Under the pieces are notes generated by a model. The model did not search any database, was not told the origin of the DNA, and worked only from the letters and a program-made list of their open reading frames with translations. A program made the translations under genes and the position numbers. Shown here piece after piece: positions 7,579 to 17,469 of a stretch of DNA of 40,640 nucleotides (positions are counted from its first letter, which is position 1; the number at the start of each line of letters is the position of its first letter). The DNA comes from Kofleriaceae bacterium (GTDB taxonomy: Bacteria; Myxococcota_A; Polyangia; Haliangiales; Haliangiaceae): the NCBI GenBank assembly GCA_036262915.1, contig DATAHZ010000797.1, positions 1-40,640 on the forward strand. Direction: 5' to 3'.

Positions 7579-9048
7579 ATGAGCGTGAAGGTACTCCTCG
7601 TCGTCCTCCTCCTGGGCATCGTGGCCTGGCCGAAGCCCGGTCATGCCGAGAAGGTCAAGACGAACCAGAGCACGAAGTTATACAGCCGAGCTGGGGAGCA
7701 GTCCCCGGTGATCTTGACGGTCAAGTCGGGTCAGTTGATGACGCTCCTGGCCCAGGATGGTCGCTGGCTCAAGGTCCGGACCGCCGGGCGTACCGGCTGG
7801 ATTCCCCGCAGCAAGGTGGACATGCCGGATGGCGAGGAGGAGATCGCACGAAACACGCGGCGCCGCCCGTTCGTTGATGGTCGTGGTACGAAGCGCGGGT
7901 TCGGCGGCGAAGGCGGACCCGAGGACCGGATCGGCGCCGACGCGGCCGGAGACGCCGGCGACGAGGGTGGTGCCGAGCCCAGGTCCCGGTCCACCAGGTC
8001 ACCCAAGGGCGATGACGACGGTGACGACCAGCCGTCCAGGGGCACCAAGGACCCTGATGGTGATGACGGCACCAAGGAAGCGTCCCGGACGATGGCACAT
8101 GTCTCCGAGAAGACGGTGATCCTCAACGATCCCAAGAAGGACAGCGACGAATCCTTCACCGCCGGGCCCAAGACGGTGCTCTATGTTGGCGAGTCGACGG
8201 GTACGTGGACGTTCGTCGAGACCGACGAAGGGGATGCCGGCTACGTGTTGACCTCCAAGCTCGACATCGAAGAGCCCCAGGGAGGCAGCGGCGGACGCAT
8301 GCGGGCGATCGATGCCCGCGGCCGGTTGGGCGTGACGCTCGTCAGGCAATCGCTCTCCACGCCGGGAGCGATGGGGGTACTGCCCGAAAATTACAGCGCC
8401 AGCAGTTCCTCGCTCACGATCGCCCTCGGCGGCTCGGTGCTCTATCCGTACCGGACGCGCTACTGGGTCGGTGGCGAGCTCACCTATGACTTCGACAAGG
8501 CGATTCCTGGAATCTCGTACATGAACCAGACGATCAGCTTCAGCTACCATGTCTTCAATCTCCGCGCGGTCGCTGGCTACGATCTCCAGAAGAAGAACGG
8601 CATGACCGTGTACGGCCGGCTCGGCCTCCACTACGACTCGTTCCAGGTGGCCGATGTCGCTAACTTCACCCAGAACACCGCGAAGCTGCCGAACCAGACC
8701 ATCACCGCCCCCACGCTCGGTGGCGCGCTGTCCATCCCGCGGCTCACCAAGGAGATCGGGCTCAAGGTGAGCCTGGACGTGATCCTGCTCGGCTCAAGCG
8801 TCGCGCAGACCAAGAACCTCGAGGACGGCACCGATCCGAGCACGAAGGCGCTGTTTCTCGGTGGCGTCTTCTCCTACCGCTGGAAGCCCAAGATGGATCT
8901 CCAGGCGACCTATGATCTCACGTACGAGTCGCTGAGCTTCTCCGGGTTGCCGCCCCCAACCTCGCAGCGCGGTCACATGGGAACCGCGATCAGGTCGGGC
9001 TCGGATCTCAACAACGCGCTGTCGGTCGGCATCGCATACGCGTTCTAG
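7579..9048 (+). CDS. Outer-membrane beta-barrel protein with two N-terminal SH3b-like domains and an acidic linker
   Basis: Signal peptide: MSVKVLLVVLLLGIVAWPKPGHA/EK. First SH3b-like domain: LYSRAGEQSPVILTVKSGQLMTLLAQDGRWLKVRTAGRTGWIPRSKV. The linker is D/G/E-rich. Second SH3-like domain: TVLYVGESTGTWTFVETDEGDAGYVLTSKL. The C-terminal 240 aa or so show alternating beta-strand patterns and end in GIAYAF (terminal Phe, an OMP signature). Confidence 0.75.
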   Translation: MSVKVLLVVLLLGIVAWPKPGHAEKVKTNQSTKLYSRAGEQSPVILTVKSGQLMTLLAQDGRWLKVRTAGRTGWIPRSKVDMPDGEEEIARNTRRRPFVDGRGTKRGFGGEGGPEDRIGADAAGDAGDEGGAEPRSRSTRSPKGDDDGDDQPSRGTKDPDGDDGTKEASRTMAHVSEKTVILNDPKKDSDESFTAGPKTVLYVGESTGTWTFVETDEGDAGYVLTSKLDIEEPQGGSGGRMRAIDARGRLGVTLVRQSLSTPGAMGVLPENYSASSSSLTIALGGSVLYPYRTRYWVGGELTYDFDKAIPGISYMNQTISFSYHVFNLRAVAGYDLQKKNGMTVYGRLGLHYDSFQVADVANFTQNTAKLPNQTITAPTLGGALSIPRLTKEIGLKVSLDVILLGSSVAQTKNLEDGTDPSTKALFLGGVFSYRWKPKMDLQATYDLTYESLSFSGLPPPTSQRGHMGTAIRSGSDLNNALSVGIAYAF

Positions 9049-9083
9049 TACCTCGCCGCAGAGGTTTTGCGTCGAGGTACTAG
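9045..9083. terminator. Perfect 11-bp inverted repeat between convergent genes (possible bidirectional terminator)
   Basis: ctagtacctcg (9045-9055) and cgaggtactag (9073-9083) flank a 17-nt loop containing tttt. The left arm overlaps the stop codon of the OMP gene. Confidence 0.5.
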
Positions 9084-9225
9084 ATGCCCTTGCTGGGTCG
9101 AAATCTGCACAGATGAAGCAAGTGTGATCTTCGCAAGGTTCAGGGAAGCACGCAGCGTGTGGGCGCAGGCGGGCTTCGCCCGCCGAGCCGGCACTGACGT
9201 TCGTGGAAGCACAAAGAGGGGGGCC

Positions 9226-9250
9226 CGCGGGGGGATTCCCGCCCCCCGCG
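9226..9250 (-). terminator. GC-rich hairpin just downstream of the 98-aa gene
   Basis: cgcgggggg (9226-9234), loop attcccg, ccccccgcg (9242-9250). This is 6 nt after the stop at 9256. On the minus strand it is followed by CCTCTTTGTGCTTCC. Confidence 0.5.
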
Positions 9251-9255
9251 ATGCG

Positions 9256-9552
9256 CTACAGCGCCGGCGGTGGCATCACCAGGTCCGTGGCTTGCTCGCG
9301 CAGGAGCTTGAGCACGAGATCATCGACCGTATCGCCGCGTGCGAGACTCTCGCGATAGCGCGCGAGCAGATCGGTGTATTCGGTGAATGCTGCGGTGAAT
9401 TCGTCGAACGACATCTTGTGGATCAAGCGCCCGCTCCAGTTCGCGAGATCGCCGACCGCGATGTCTCCGACCTCTTGCGTGAGGCGCGAAAGGTATTCGG
9501 CGTAGCGAGCCTGGGGGTCGCCCTGGGACACGGGATGTCCGATCACGTCCAC
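9256..9552 (-). CDS. Small acidic helical hypothetical protein, third gene of the ParA-like operon
   Basis: ORF 9256..9552(-). The GTG start immediately follows the TAA of the upstream RHH gene (TAAGTG). Codon bias is coding-like. I recognise no motif ([36 protein letters not shown]...). Confidence 0.55.
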   Translation of the reverse strand: MDVIGHPVSQGDPQARYAEYLSRLTQEVGDIAVGDLANWSGRLIHKMSFDEFTAAFTEYTDLLARYRESLARGDTVDDLVLKLLREQATDLVMPPPAL

Positions 9553-9873
9553 TTATTGCCGTGGTGTCGCCAGCTTGTCGAGGTCGATCTGTGATAACGC
9601 GAGGCGGATCAGCTGTGATTTGTTAGCCTTGGTCCAGCCGCGACGTTTGAGCTCGGCGACCTTGGCCTCGAGTTCTTCGATGTCCCGTGTATACATCGAG
9701 ATGCAGATCACCTTGTAGTGGGTCGGCTTGAGCTGGCCGTTCGCCGCTCGACGCCGGACGGCTGGGTTCGCGGCAGCGTCATCGGCTGGTGCGCGGCGAC
9801 CGTAATACTCCTGCGAAAGAATTGCATCGGCGTCGCTCAGCGGATCGTGGGCCATCAGCTTGTCTTCCTTCAT
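9553..9873 (-). CDS. Ribbon-helix-helix-like small protein (ParG/CopG-like, tentative)
   Basis: AGAGG lies about 5 nt upstream of ATG 9873. The C-terminal part [43 protein letters not shown] has the beta-strand / helix / helix pattern of RHH proteins. The N-terminal tail is disordered and basic. Confidence 0.55.
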   Translation of the reverse strand: MKEDKLMAHDPLSDADAILSQEYYGRRAPADDAAANPAVRRRAANGQLKPTHYKVICISMYTRDIEELEAKVAELKRRGWTKANKSQLIRLALSQIDLDKLATPRQ

Positions 9874-9882
9874 GGGGGACCT

Positions 9883-10839
9883 CTAGGCGAGCGCCTGCAC
9901 ACCGGATTCGGGTTTTCGCGTGGCTTCGGCGTGTGCCGTGGTCGCGAGGACCCAGTCGCACACACGGTGGTAGTCCGCGGCGCCATGGGAGGCCGGCGCG
10001 TACTCGAAGACCGTCTTGCGGTGGCTCGGTGCCTCGGCGAGCCGCGTGTTGTGGCGGATCGGCTCGAGGCACTTGTGCTTGAAGTGCCCCTGCAGCGTCT
10101 CAAGCACTTCTCGCGCCAAGCGGGTGCGGGCGTCGTAGAACGTCGGAAGCACGGCGGACACCCGGACCGCGTGGTTAAGATGGCGCTCCACGTCCTTGAT
10201 CGTCCGCAGCACCTGCTTGACACCGACGAGTGCCAGGTAGTCGCATGTCACTGGAATGATTACTTCGTCGGTGTACGACAGTGCATTCTGATTGAGCAGG
10301 TTGAGCGACGGCCCGCAGTCGATGATCACGTAGTCGTAGCGCCGCGACACCTGCATGAGGTGGAGGCGCTTCGTCATGATCTTCGAGCGCTGATCGGGAT
10401 TTTGCCGGGCGAGCCAGATCTCGGCGGCGGCGAGCGTCCGGTCCGACGTGATCACATCGAGGTGCTGGCGGACCGGGACGCCGACCTCGGTCGGATCTGC
10501 GCCATCGACGAGCACGTGGTACAGTGACTTCTCGCCGGAGACGCCGAGCGAGACCCCGACATTGCCCTGCGCGTCGGTGTCGATCAGCAGACAATCGTGC
10601 TCGCGCTCGGCGAGGCCCGCGGCCAGGTTGACCGCGGTCGTGGTCTTGCCGGTGCCGCCTTTCTGGTTGAGGATCGCGATCCGGCGTGCCCGCTTGCCAC
10701 GGAACCCCTCGGCCCCGAGGTGGGCCTTGCGGCACTCGAGCGAGCAAAAATGCTCGCGTTCTCCGTCCGGGGTGGCCGCGATCTGGAACACGAAGGCAGG
10801 TCGGAACGTCTGCCCACACGCGCTGCACGTCTTCTCCAT
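9883..10839 (-). CDS. ParA/MinD-family P-loop ATPase with an N-terminal Cys4 zinc-finger-like extension
   Basis: Derived from ORF 9883..11040(-). Start set at ATG 10839 ([14 protein letters not shown]...[10 protein letters not shown], i.e. CxxC...CxxxC). Deviant Walker A: [18 protein letters not shown]. ParA-type regions: [10 protein letters not shown] and [12 protein letters not shown]. The protein is 318 aa. Confidence 0.85.
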   Translation of the reverse strand: MEKTCSACGQTFRPAFVFQIAATPDGEREHFCSLECRKAHLGAEGFRGKRARRIAILNQKGGTGKTTTAVNLAAGLAEREHDCLLIDTDAQGNVGVSLGVSGEKSLYHVLVDGADPTEVGVPVRQHLDVITSDRTLAAAEIWLARQNPDQRSKIMTKRLHLMQVSRRYDYVIIDCGPSLNLLNQNALSYTDEVIIPVTCDYLALVGVKQVLRTIKDVERHLNHAVRVSAVLPTFYDARTRLAREVLETLQGHFKHKCLEPIRHNTRLAEAPSHRKTVFEYAPASHGAADYHRVCDWVLATTAHAEATRKPESGVQALA

Positions 10840-10898
10840 GCCCTTATCGAAGCGGCATCGTCGGGACGGGGGCAAGTTTTCGGCGCTATAGTGATCGC

Positions 10899-12035
10899 GT
10901 GGCGGAACCGATCGCACGTCAAGCTGTCGCGACCGGCGGTGATCCAGCGGAGCTCGCGCGCATGCTCGTCGACCAGCTCCGCTCGCCCGCGCTGCGGATC
11001 GCGTTCGTGTTCGCGGATCGCCGGCTCGATCCGGCGACATTTGCTGGGATCCAGCACGCGCTCCACGCGCCGGTGGTCGGCTGCACGATGTTAGGTGGGC
11101 TCGGCCAGGGCGTACCGCCGGGCGACGCCGCCATGGCGGTTGGCCTCGGGCTCTACGGCGACTGGGTACGCGTCGGGATCGGCGTCGCGCCCGAGCTGTC
11201 GAAGGCAGCGCTGGCGCGCGGCCGCGAGGCCGTGCACAAGGCGGCCATTGCGCTCGGTACGACGGTGGATGCGCTGGACCCGGGGCGCCACGTCGCGATC
11301 ACCTTGTTCGACGGGCGCTGCAATCGAGAGGAAGCGTTCTGCGTCGGTTCGGCGGCGTCTGCACCGAAGATCCGGTTCGTGGGCGGCGGCGCTTCGAGCG
11401 ACCTCGATCAGGAGCTACCGACCTATGTCTGGGCCAATGGCGAGGTGCTGTCCGACGCAGGGGTCGTGGTCGTGCTCGACAGCGACCATCCATTTCACGC
11501 CGTGACCTCGTCGCACCTCGTGCCGACCGAGCTCAAGACCGTGGTGACGGCGGCGACCGGGCGGGTGATCGAAGAGCTCGACGGCCGGCCGGCGGCACCG
11601 CGCCTGCGCCAGCTGATCGCGAGCCTGGGCGAGGAGCTCGCTGAACCCCGGCCGTTGCACGCGTTCGCGCGGTACATCGACGGCGTTCCGTACGTGCGTT
11701 CTTTGTACAGCATTGCTGGAACTCGCTTGGTACTAGCGAGCGCGGTCGAGACCGGACATGTCTTGCGGGTGATGCGGCCAGGTGACCTCATCCGGACGAC
11801 GAAGAGTGATCTCGGACTCGCGGCCCAGCGTGTCGGAGGCACGATGGCGGCATTTCTGGCATTCTCCTGCGTGGGACGTCACTCGGAGGCAGCGCTCCGC
11901 GGGTATCAACCCGAGCTTGCGGCAGTGTATGCGTCCTATCCCACGGTCGGGTTTCAGACGCTGTGCGAGCAGTCTTGTATGTTGCTCGTCAACCACACAC
12001 TCACGGGCCTGGCGATCGGGGGGCCCAAACCATGA
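10899..12035 (+). CDS. FIST (FIST_N + FIST_C) sensory domain protein
   Basis: Frame of ORF 10686..12035. Start placed at GTG 10899 ([27 protein letters not shown]) because upstream DNA belongs to the divergent parA-like gene. Sequence features typical of FIST proteins: [10 protein letters not shown]..., [11 protein letters not shown], ...FVGGGASSD..., FLAFSCVGR. Confidence 0.7.
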   Translation: MAEPIARQAVATGGDPAELARMLVDQLRSPALRIAFVFADRRLDPATFAGIQHALHAPVVGCTMLGGLGQGVPPGDAAMAVGLGLYGDWVRVGIGVAPELSKAALARGREAVHKAAIALGTTVDALDPGRHVAITLFDGRCNREEAFCVGSAASAPKIRFVGGGASSDLDQELPTYVWANGEVLSDAGVVVVLDSDHPFHAVTSSHLVPTELKTVVTAATGRVIEELDGRPAAPRLRQLIASLGEELAEPRPLHAFARYIDGVPYVRSLYSIAGTRLVLASAVETGHVLRVMRPGDLIRTTKSDLGLAAQRVGGTMAAFLAFSCVGRHSEAALRGYQPELAAVYASYPTVGFQTLCEQSCMLLVNHTLTGLAIGGPKP

Positions 12036-13102
12036 CGACGCGCGTGACCACGGAGGACGAGCGAATCACCGAGCTGCAGGACGAGCTCGCGGCCGCGCGA
12101 CGGACGATCGATGTCCTGATCGCACGGCTCGAGCGCTCGGGGACGGCGCCGCCGCAGCAGACCGAGCTGTTCGACGCGGCGGTCCGGCTCGGCAACGTGC
12201 TGGAAGAACGCACCCGCGAGGTCGAGGATGCCCGTGCCGAGTTCCGTGCGCTGCGTGCCAACCTCGATCAGATCGTGCGCCAGAGAACCCGTGCGCTCGC
12301 CGAGTCGGAGACCCAGCTGCGCGAGAAGAACGCCGAGCTCGAGCGTCAGAGCAAGCTCAAGACGGAGTTCATCTCGATCGCCGCCCACGAACTGCGCACC
12401 CCGCTGACCAGCATCGTCGGCTACCTCGATCTGTTCTCGGAGGGCCGGTTCGGCGAGCTTCCGAAGCTGCTCGATCGCCCGATGCGATCGGTCCAGCGCA
12501 ACGCGCACCGCTTGAAGCGGCTGGTCGACGACATGCTCGACGTCTCGCGCCTCGAGGCCGGCCGGATGACGCTGCGCCGCGGACCGGTCGATCTCGGAGA
12601 GGTCGTGAGCGACGTCGTGACCGAGCTCAAGCCGCTCGCGGAAGATCGCCAGCAGCGCGTCGCGACCCGCATCGAACCGGTGGAAGCGATCGACGCCGAT
12701 CGCGACAAGCTGCACCAGATCGCCGTGAACCTCGTGTCCAACGCGATCCGCTACACACCGGAGCAGGGCGAGATCGTGATCGATGTCGACGAGGCGCCGA
12801 GCGAGCGCTACCCGGGCGGCTGGGTGCGGCTCCGCGTGCGCGACAACGGCATCGGGATCGCCAAGGAAGATCGCGAGCGGATCTTCGATCCGTTCCTCCA
12901 CGCGCAGCCGGCGAAGCACCACTCGTCGGCGGCAGGACCGGACTCCGCGGGCCTGGGCCTCTACATCGCCCGGGGCCTGATCGAGCTCCACGGTGGCCTC
13001 ATCACCGTCGACTCGCAGCCGGACGAGTTTACCGAGTTCACCGTGCTCCTGCCGTTCAAGCACCACCTACGGCGGGACGCCAACCCGTCGGATCAAGGGT
13101 AG
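12032..13102 (+). CDS. Cytoplasmic histidine kinase (coiled coil + HisKA + HATPase_c)
   Basis: ATG 12032 overlaps the FIST stop (ATGA). H-box: FISIAAHELRTPLTSIVGYLDL. N-box: LVSNAIRYTP. G-boxes: VRDNGIGI and GLGLYIARGLIELHGG. There is no TM segment. Confidence 0.9.
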   Translation: MTTRVTTEDERITELQDELAAARRTIDVLIARLERSGTAPPQQTELFDAAVRLGNVLEERTREVEDARAEFRALRANLDQIVRQRTRALAESETQLREKNAELERQSKLKTEFISIAAHELRTPLTSIVGYLDLFSEGRFGELPKLLDRPMRSVQRNAHRLKRLVDDMLDVSRLEAGRMTLRRGPVDLGEVVSDVVTELKPLAEDRQQRVATRIEPVEAIDADRDKLHQIAVNLVSNAIRYTPEQGEIVIDVDEAPSERYPGGWVRLRVRDNGIGIAKEDRERIFDPFLHAQPAKHHSSAAGPDSAGLGLYIARGLIELHGGLITVDSQPDEFTEFTVLLPFKHHLRRDANPSDQG

Positions 13103-13227
13103 CCAGGAGCACCCCTCGCAGCGCCTGCCAAGGACGCTGTAGGACCTTGCAGGTGACGACATAGAGAAGCGTACACGTACCGGCGTGCACATCTCTCTAA
13201 TCGGCTGATCGGCTGGCCAGGTCGTCG

Positions 13228-14157
13228 TTACTTCTTCTTGCTCTTCTTGGCGGGCTTCTTGGCAGACTTGGCGGGCTTGGCAGGCTTGGCGGGCTTCTTG
13301 GCAGGCTTGGCGGGCTTCTTGGCAGGCTTGATCTTGGCCGCCTTGACCGGTTTGGTCTTGGCCTTAGGGGCAGGGGCAGAGGGCTTGGTCTTCGACGCTG
13401 CGGCCGGTTTCGTCGTGGCCGGTGGCTTGGCGGCGTCTCGTGGTTCTCGCGCGCTCGCCGCGCCCTTGGCGGGCTTGGCGCCGCCCTTTTTGACCTCGGC
13501 CTTGAGCTTCTTGCTGCGCTCGTCGGCCGTCTTCTGGGCCTCGTCCATCCGCAGCTGGGCGGCTGAGCGCGCACGCTGCACCGCGGCCTCGACCTCCGCC
13601 TTGCTGCGGGTGGTCAGGGGCTGGCTCGCGGGTTCCGGCTTCTTCGCGCGCTTCTTCTTCTTGGCCTCGCGCGGGATCGGAATTTCACTGATATCGGGCA
13701 TGCGGGCCGCGAGGTCACCGCGGTTATGGACCAGGATCCGCGAGGTGCCGTCCCGGAAGATCACCTCGACCTTGTTGTCGGGTAAGAGCTCGATCACAAA
13801 CCCGATGTCGAACACCGGGTGGTGGACGACGTCGCCTTCCTCGTAGGCGTCGCGAATGGAATAGGGCCGGCAGTTCCCGAGGTCGGCCTCGGTCGCCCGT
13901 GCCATCGCGTCCTCCCAGGTCATCCGGCGTTGTGCCGACTTCTTGGCCGCACCATCGCCGGCCTCCTCGGCGCCATCACCACGTGGTTTGCGGTACGCGT
14001 GAACTTCTCCGCACACGACGCATTGCACGCGGCGGACTTCGTCCTCATACATGCTGATGATCGTGTGGGTTGTGTCCGCCTTGCAACGAGGAGACGGGCA
14101 GTACGCCTCGATCTCTCCGCCTACTTCATCGGCGTCTTCTTCGAAGATGGAATCCAT
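13228..14157 (-). CDS. Zinc-ribbon protein with a histone-H1-like Lys/Ala/Pro-rich C-terminal tail
   Basis: N-terminus [36 protein letters not shown] is Cys4. The central domain is SH3/Tudor-like ([36 protein letters not shown]). The roughly 140-aa tail ends [33 protein letters not shown]. Confidence 0.8.
   Translation of the reverse strand: MDSIFEEDADEVGGEIEAYCPSPRCKADTTHTIISMYEDEVRRVQCVVCGEVHAYRKPRGDGAEEAGDGAAKKSAQRRMTWEDAMARATEADLGNCRPYSIRDAYEEGDVVHHPVFDIGFVIELLPDNKVEVIFRDGTSRILVHNRGDLAARMPDISEIPIPREAKKKKRAKKPEPASQPLTTRSKAEVEAAVQRARSAAQLRMDEAQKTADERSKKLKAEVKKGGAKPAKGAASAREPRDAAKPPATTKPAAASKTKPSAPAPKAKTKPVKAAKIKPAKKPAKPAKKPAKPAKPAKSAKKPAKKSKKK
13231..13370 (-). repeat. In-frame degenerate tandem repeats encoding the KPAKKPA tail
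   Basis: Plus strand reads cttcttggcgggcttcttggcagacttggcgggcttggcaggcttggcgggcttcttggcaggcttggcgggcttcttggcaggcttg... Confidence 0.8.
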
Positions 14158-14316
14158 CCCATGCCTCTTGTAGATGAGTGTCGCCGCCTAACTAGTCGCC
14201 TAAGTATCTGTAATCAATGTAAATTCGGAATTCCGGATTGAACGATACATTAGTTAGCCGTCTAACACATGATCCCGTGAGCTAGCAACCTTGCCCACTT
14301 ACAACTGACAAGGAAC
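14158..14316. promoter_or_regulatory. AT-rich divergent promoter region containing a perfect 10-bp palindrome
   Basis: This 159-bp gap is markedly AT-rich for this genome. It lies between divergent genes (13228-14157 minus, 14317-15855 plus). CGGAATTCCG is at 14226-14235. CTAACTA (14188-14194) and TAGTTAG (14251-14257) form an inverted pair. Confidence 0.4.
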
Positions 14317-15855
<1,539 letters not shown>

Positions 15856-15944
15856 CCGGACGACCCCGGACGACCATCGAGCCGGGCAAGGATCTCGCGC
15901 GCCGCGTCGCGCGGTGCAGAAATCTGGTAAAGAGATAGCCAAGA

Positions 15945-16652
15945 GTGCCCGAGGAGGAGGATCCCCCGAAGAAGCGCATCCTCGTGATCGAGGACGAGCC
16001 CGACATCGTCCGCGGTCTGCGCGACGCGCTCGAGTTCGAGGGCTTCGAGGTCCTGGCGCGCGGCACCGGCGCAGAGGGGCTGGCCGCTGCGATGGACTGG
16101 GCGCCCGATGCCGTGCTGCTCGATCTGATGCTCCCCGACGACAACGGCTACCGGGTGTGCGAGACCCTGCGCCAGCGCGACGAGACTGTGCCGATCATCA
16201 TCCTCACCGCCAAGGCCCAGGAGAGCGACAAGATCCGCGGGCTCGACGCCGGTGCCGATGACTACGTCACCAAGCCGTTCTCGGTCGCCGAGCTGATCGC
16301 GCGGATCAACGCGATCTTCCGCCGCCAGGCGCGCCTGGTCAGCCACTCGGACGAGATGTTCACGATCGGCAGCTGGCAGATCAACGCGCGCAAGCACACC
16401 ATGAGCCGGGGCCGCACCAGCAAGCGCCTGACCTTCTACGAGCTCGAGGTGCTGAAGCTCCTGCGCGAGAAGAGCGACGAGACGGTGTCGCGCGACGAGC
16501 TGCTCGAGAAGGTCTGGGGCATCCAGGCATCGCCGACCAGCCGCACGGTCGATAATTTCATCGTCAAGCTGCGCCGCAAGCTCGAGGAGGACCAGAAGAG
16601 TCCGCGCCACATCCTCACGGTCTACGGCCTCGGCTACAAGCTGGTCCCGTGA
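15945..16652 (+). CDS. OmpR/PhoB-family response regulator (receiver + winged helix)
   Basis: GTG start at 15945. Receiver region: [11 protein letters not shown]...[13 protein letters not shown]...IIILTAKA...[11 protein letters not shown]-terminal winged helix: [12 protein letters not shown]...VWG...[15 protein letters not shown]...[11 protein letters not shown]. Confidence 0.9.
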   Translation: MPEEEDPPKKRILVIEDEPDIVRGLRDALEFEGFEVLARGTGAEGLAAAMDWAPDAVLLDLMLPDDNGYRVCETLRQRDETVPIIILTAKAQESDKIRGLDAGADDYVTKPFSVAELIARINAIFRRQARLVSHSDEMFTIGSWQINARKHTMSRGRTSKRLTFYELEVLKLLREKSDETVSRDELLEKVWGIQASPTSRTVDNFIVKLRRKLEEDQKSPRHILTVYGLGYKLVP

Positions 16653-16680
16653 CGTTTCGTCCCGGCCCGCCATCGCTCGG

Positions 16681-17469
16681 TCACGCGAAATCGCGGCGGT
16701 GGAACAGGAGCGCGGCGAGCGCGAGCAGCGCGACGATCCAGCCCAGGCCGTGGATCCCGGCGAGCCCGACGTAGCTCCACGGCACGAACTCGCCGTGCAC
16801 GCTGACCGCCCCGCCGTCGAGCGTGCGGCCCGACACCGCGAACAGGTGGATGTCGGGGACGATCTGGAGCGCGATCCTGGTGGTGATCCGGATCCACGGC
16901 GTGGCGGCCCGGACCTGGGCCTCGAGATCCGGGGTCAGCCGGCCGATCACCCACATCGCGAGCGCGAAGATGCCGGACAGGAACGGGGTCGAGAACGCCG
17001 AGAAGAAGATCGCGATCGCGGCGACGGTGAGCACCTCGAACCACGCCAGCACCACCGCCTTGCCGATCGCGCTCGACACCCCGGTGCCCTGGGTGATCAC
17101 CATCGCGATCATCGCGAGCGCGAAGACCCCGACCAGCACGGTCAGGACGAGTCCCATCCCGGCGTACTTGCCAGCGATGAACTCCCAGCGGCTGATCGGC
17201 TTTGCCACGATCACGTGGATCGTGCGGCGCTGGACCTCGGTGTAGAGCAGGAACACGCCCAGAAAGATCGCGGTGAGCGAACCGAACAGCGAGATCCCGG
17301 CGAGCCCGACGTCGCGCGCGACCCGGCCCGCGTCGTAGACCGCGAGCTGACCGAGGAAGATCGCGAGCAGGTTCGTGGCGAATACGAGCACCAGGATCCC
17401 GTACAGCACGCGGATCCGCGCGGCCTCGCGGAACGTGTTGAGCGCGATCGCCCAGATCCGGCCGATCAT
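16681..17469 (-). CDS. ABC-2 type transporter permease
   Basis: Six predicted hydrophobic segments. The N-terminus MIGRIWAIALNTFREAARIRVLYGILVLVF is typical of NosY/GldF-like ABC-2 permeases. The ATG overlaps the ATPase stop (ATGA at 17466-17469). Confidence 0.8.
   Translation of the reverse strand: MIGRIWAIALNTFREAARIRVLYGILVLVFATNLLAIFLGQLAVYDAGRVARDVGLAGISLFGSLTAIFLGVFLLYTEVQRRTIHVIVAKPISRWEFIAGKYAGMGLVLTVLVGVFALAMIAMVITQGTGVSSAIGKAVVLAWFEVLTVAAIAIFFSAFSTPFLSGIFALAMWVIGRLTPDLEAQVRAATPWIRITTRIALQIVPDIHLFAVSGRTLDGGAVSVHGEFVPWSYVGLAGIHGLGWIVALLALAALLFHRRDFA

Noticed and set aside
6417-10839. Calling the lower-GC patch a prophage or integrative element
   Set aside because: No integrase, recombinase, transposase, flanking tRNA or recognisable att direct repeats are visible. 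I report it only as a compositional anomaly.
11954-13066. 370-aa minus-strand ORF, and the 460-aa ORF 11782..13164(+)
   Set aside because: Both overlap the histidine kinase, whose H, N and G boxes identify frame 12032..13102(+) as the real gene. The alternatives lack motifs.
13231-13370. Short tandem repeats here and at 1734-1790, 17770-17915, 30570-30785, 35073-35126 and 37024-37077, considered as possible CRISPR arrays
   Set aside because: All are in frame inside coding sequences. Units are 9-72 nt with no unique spacers of CRISPR size between conserved repeats. No cas genes are present.
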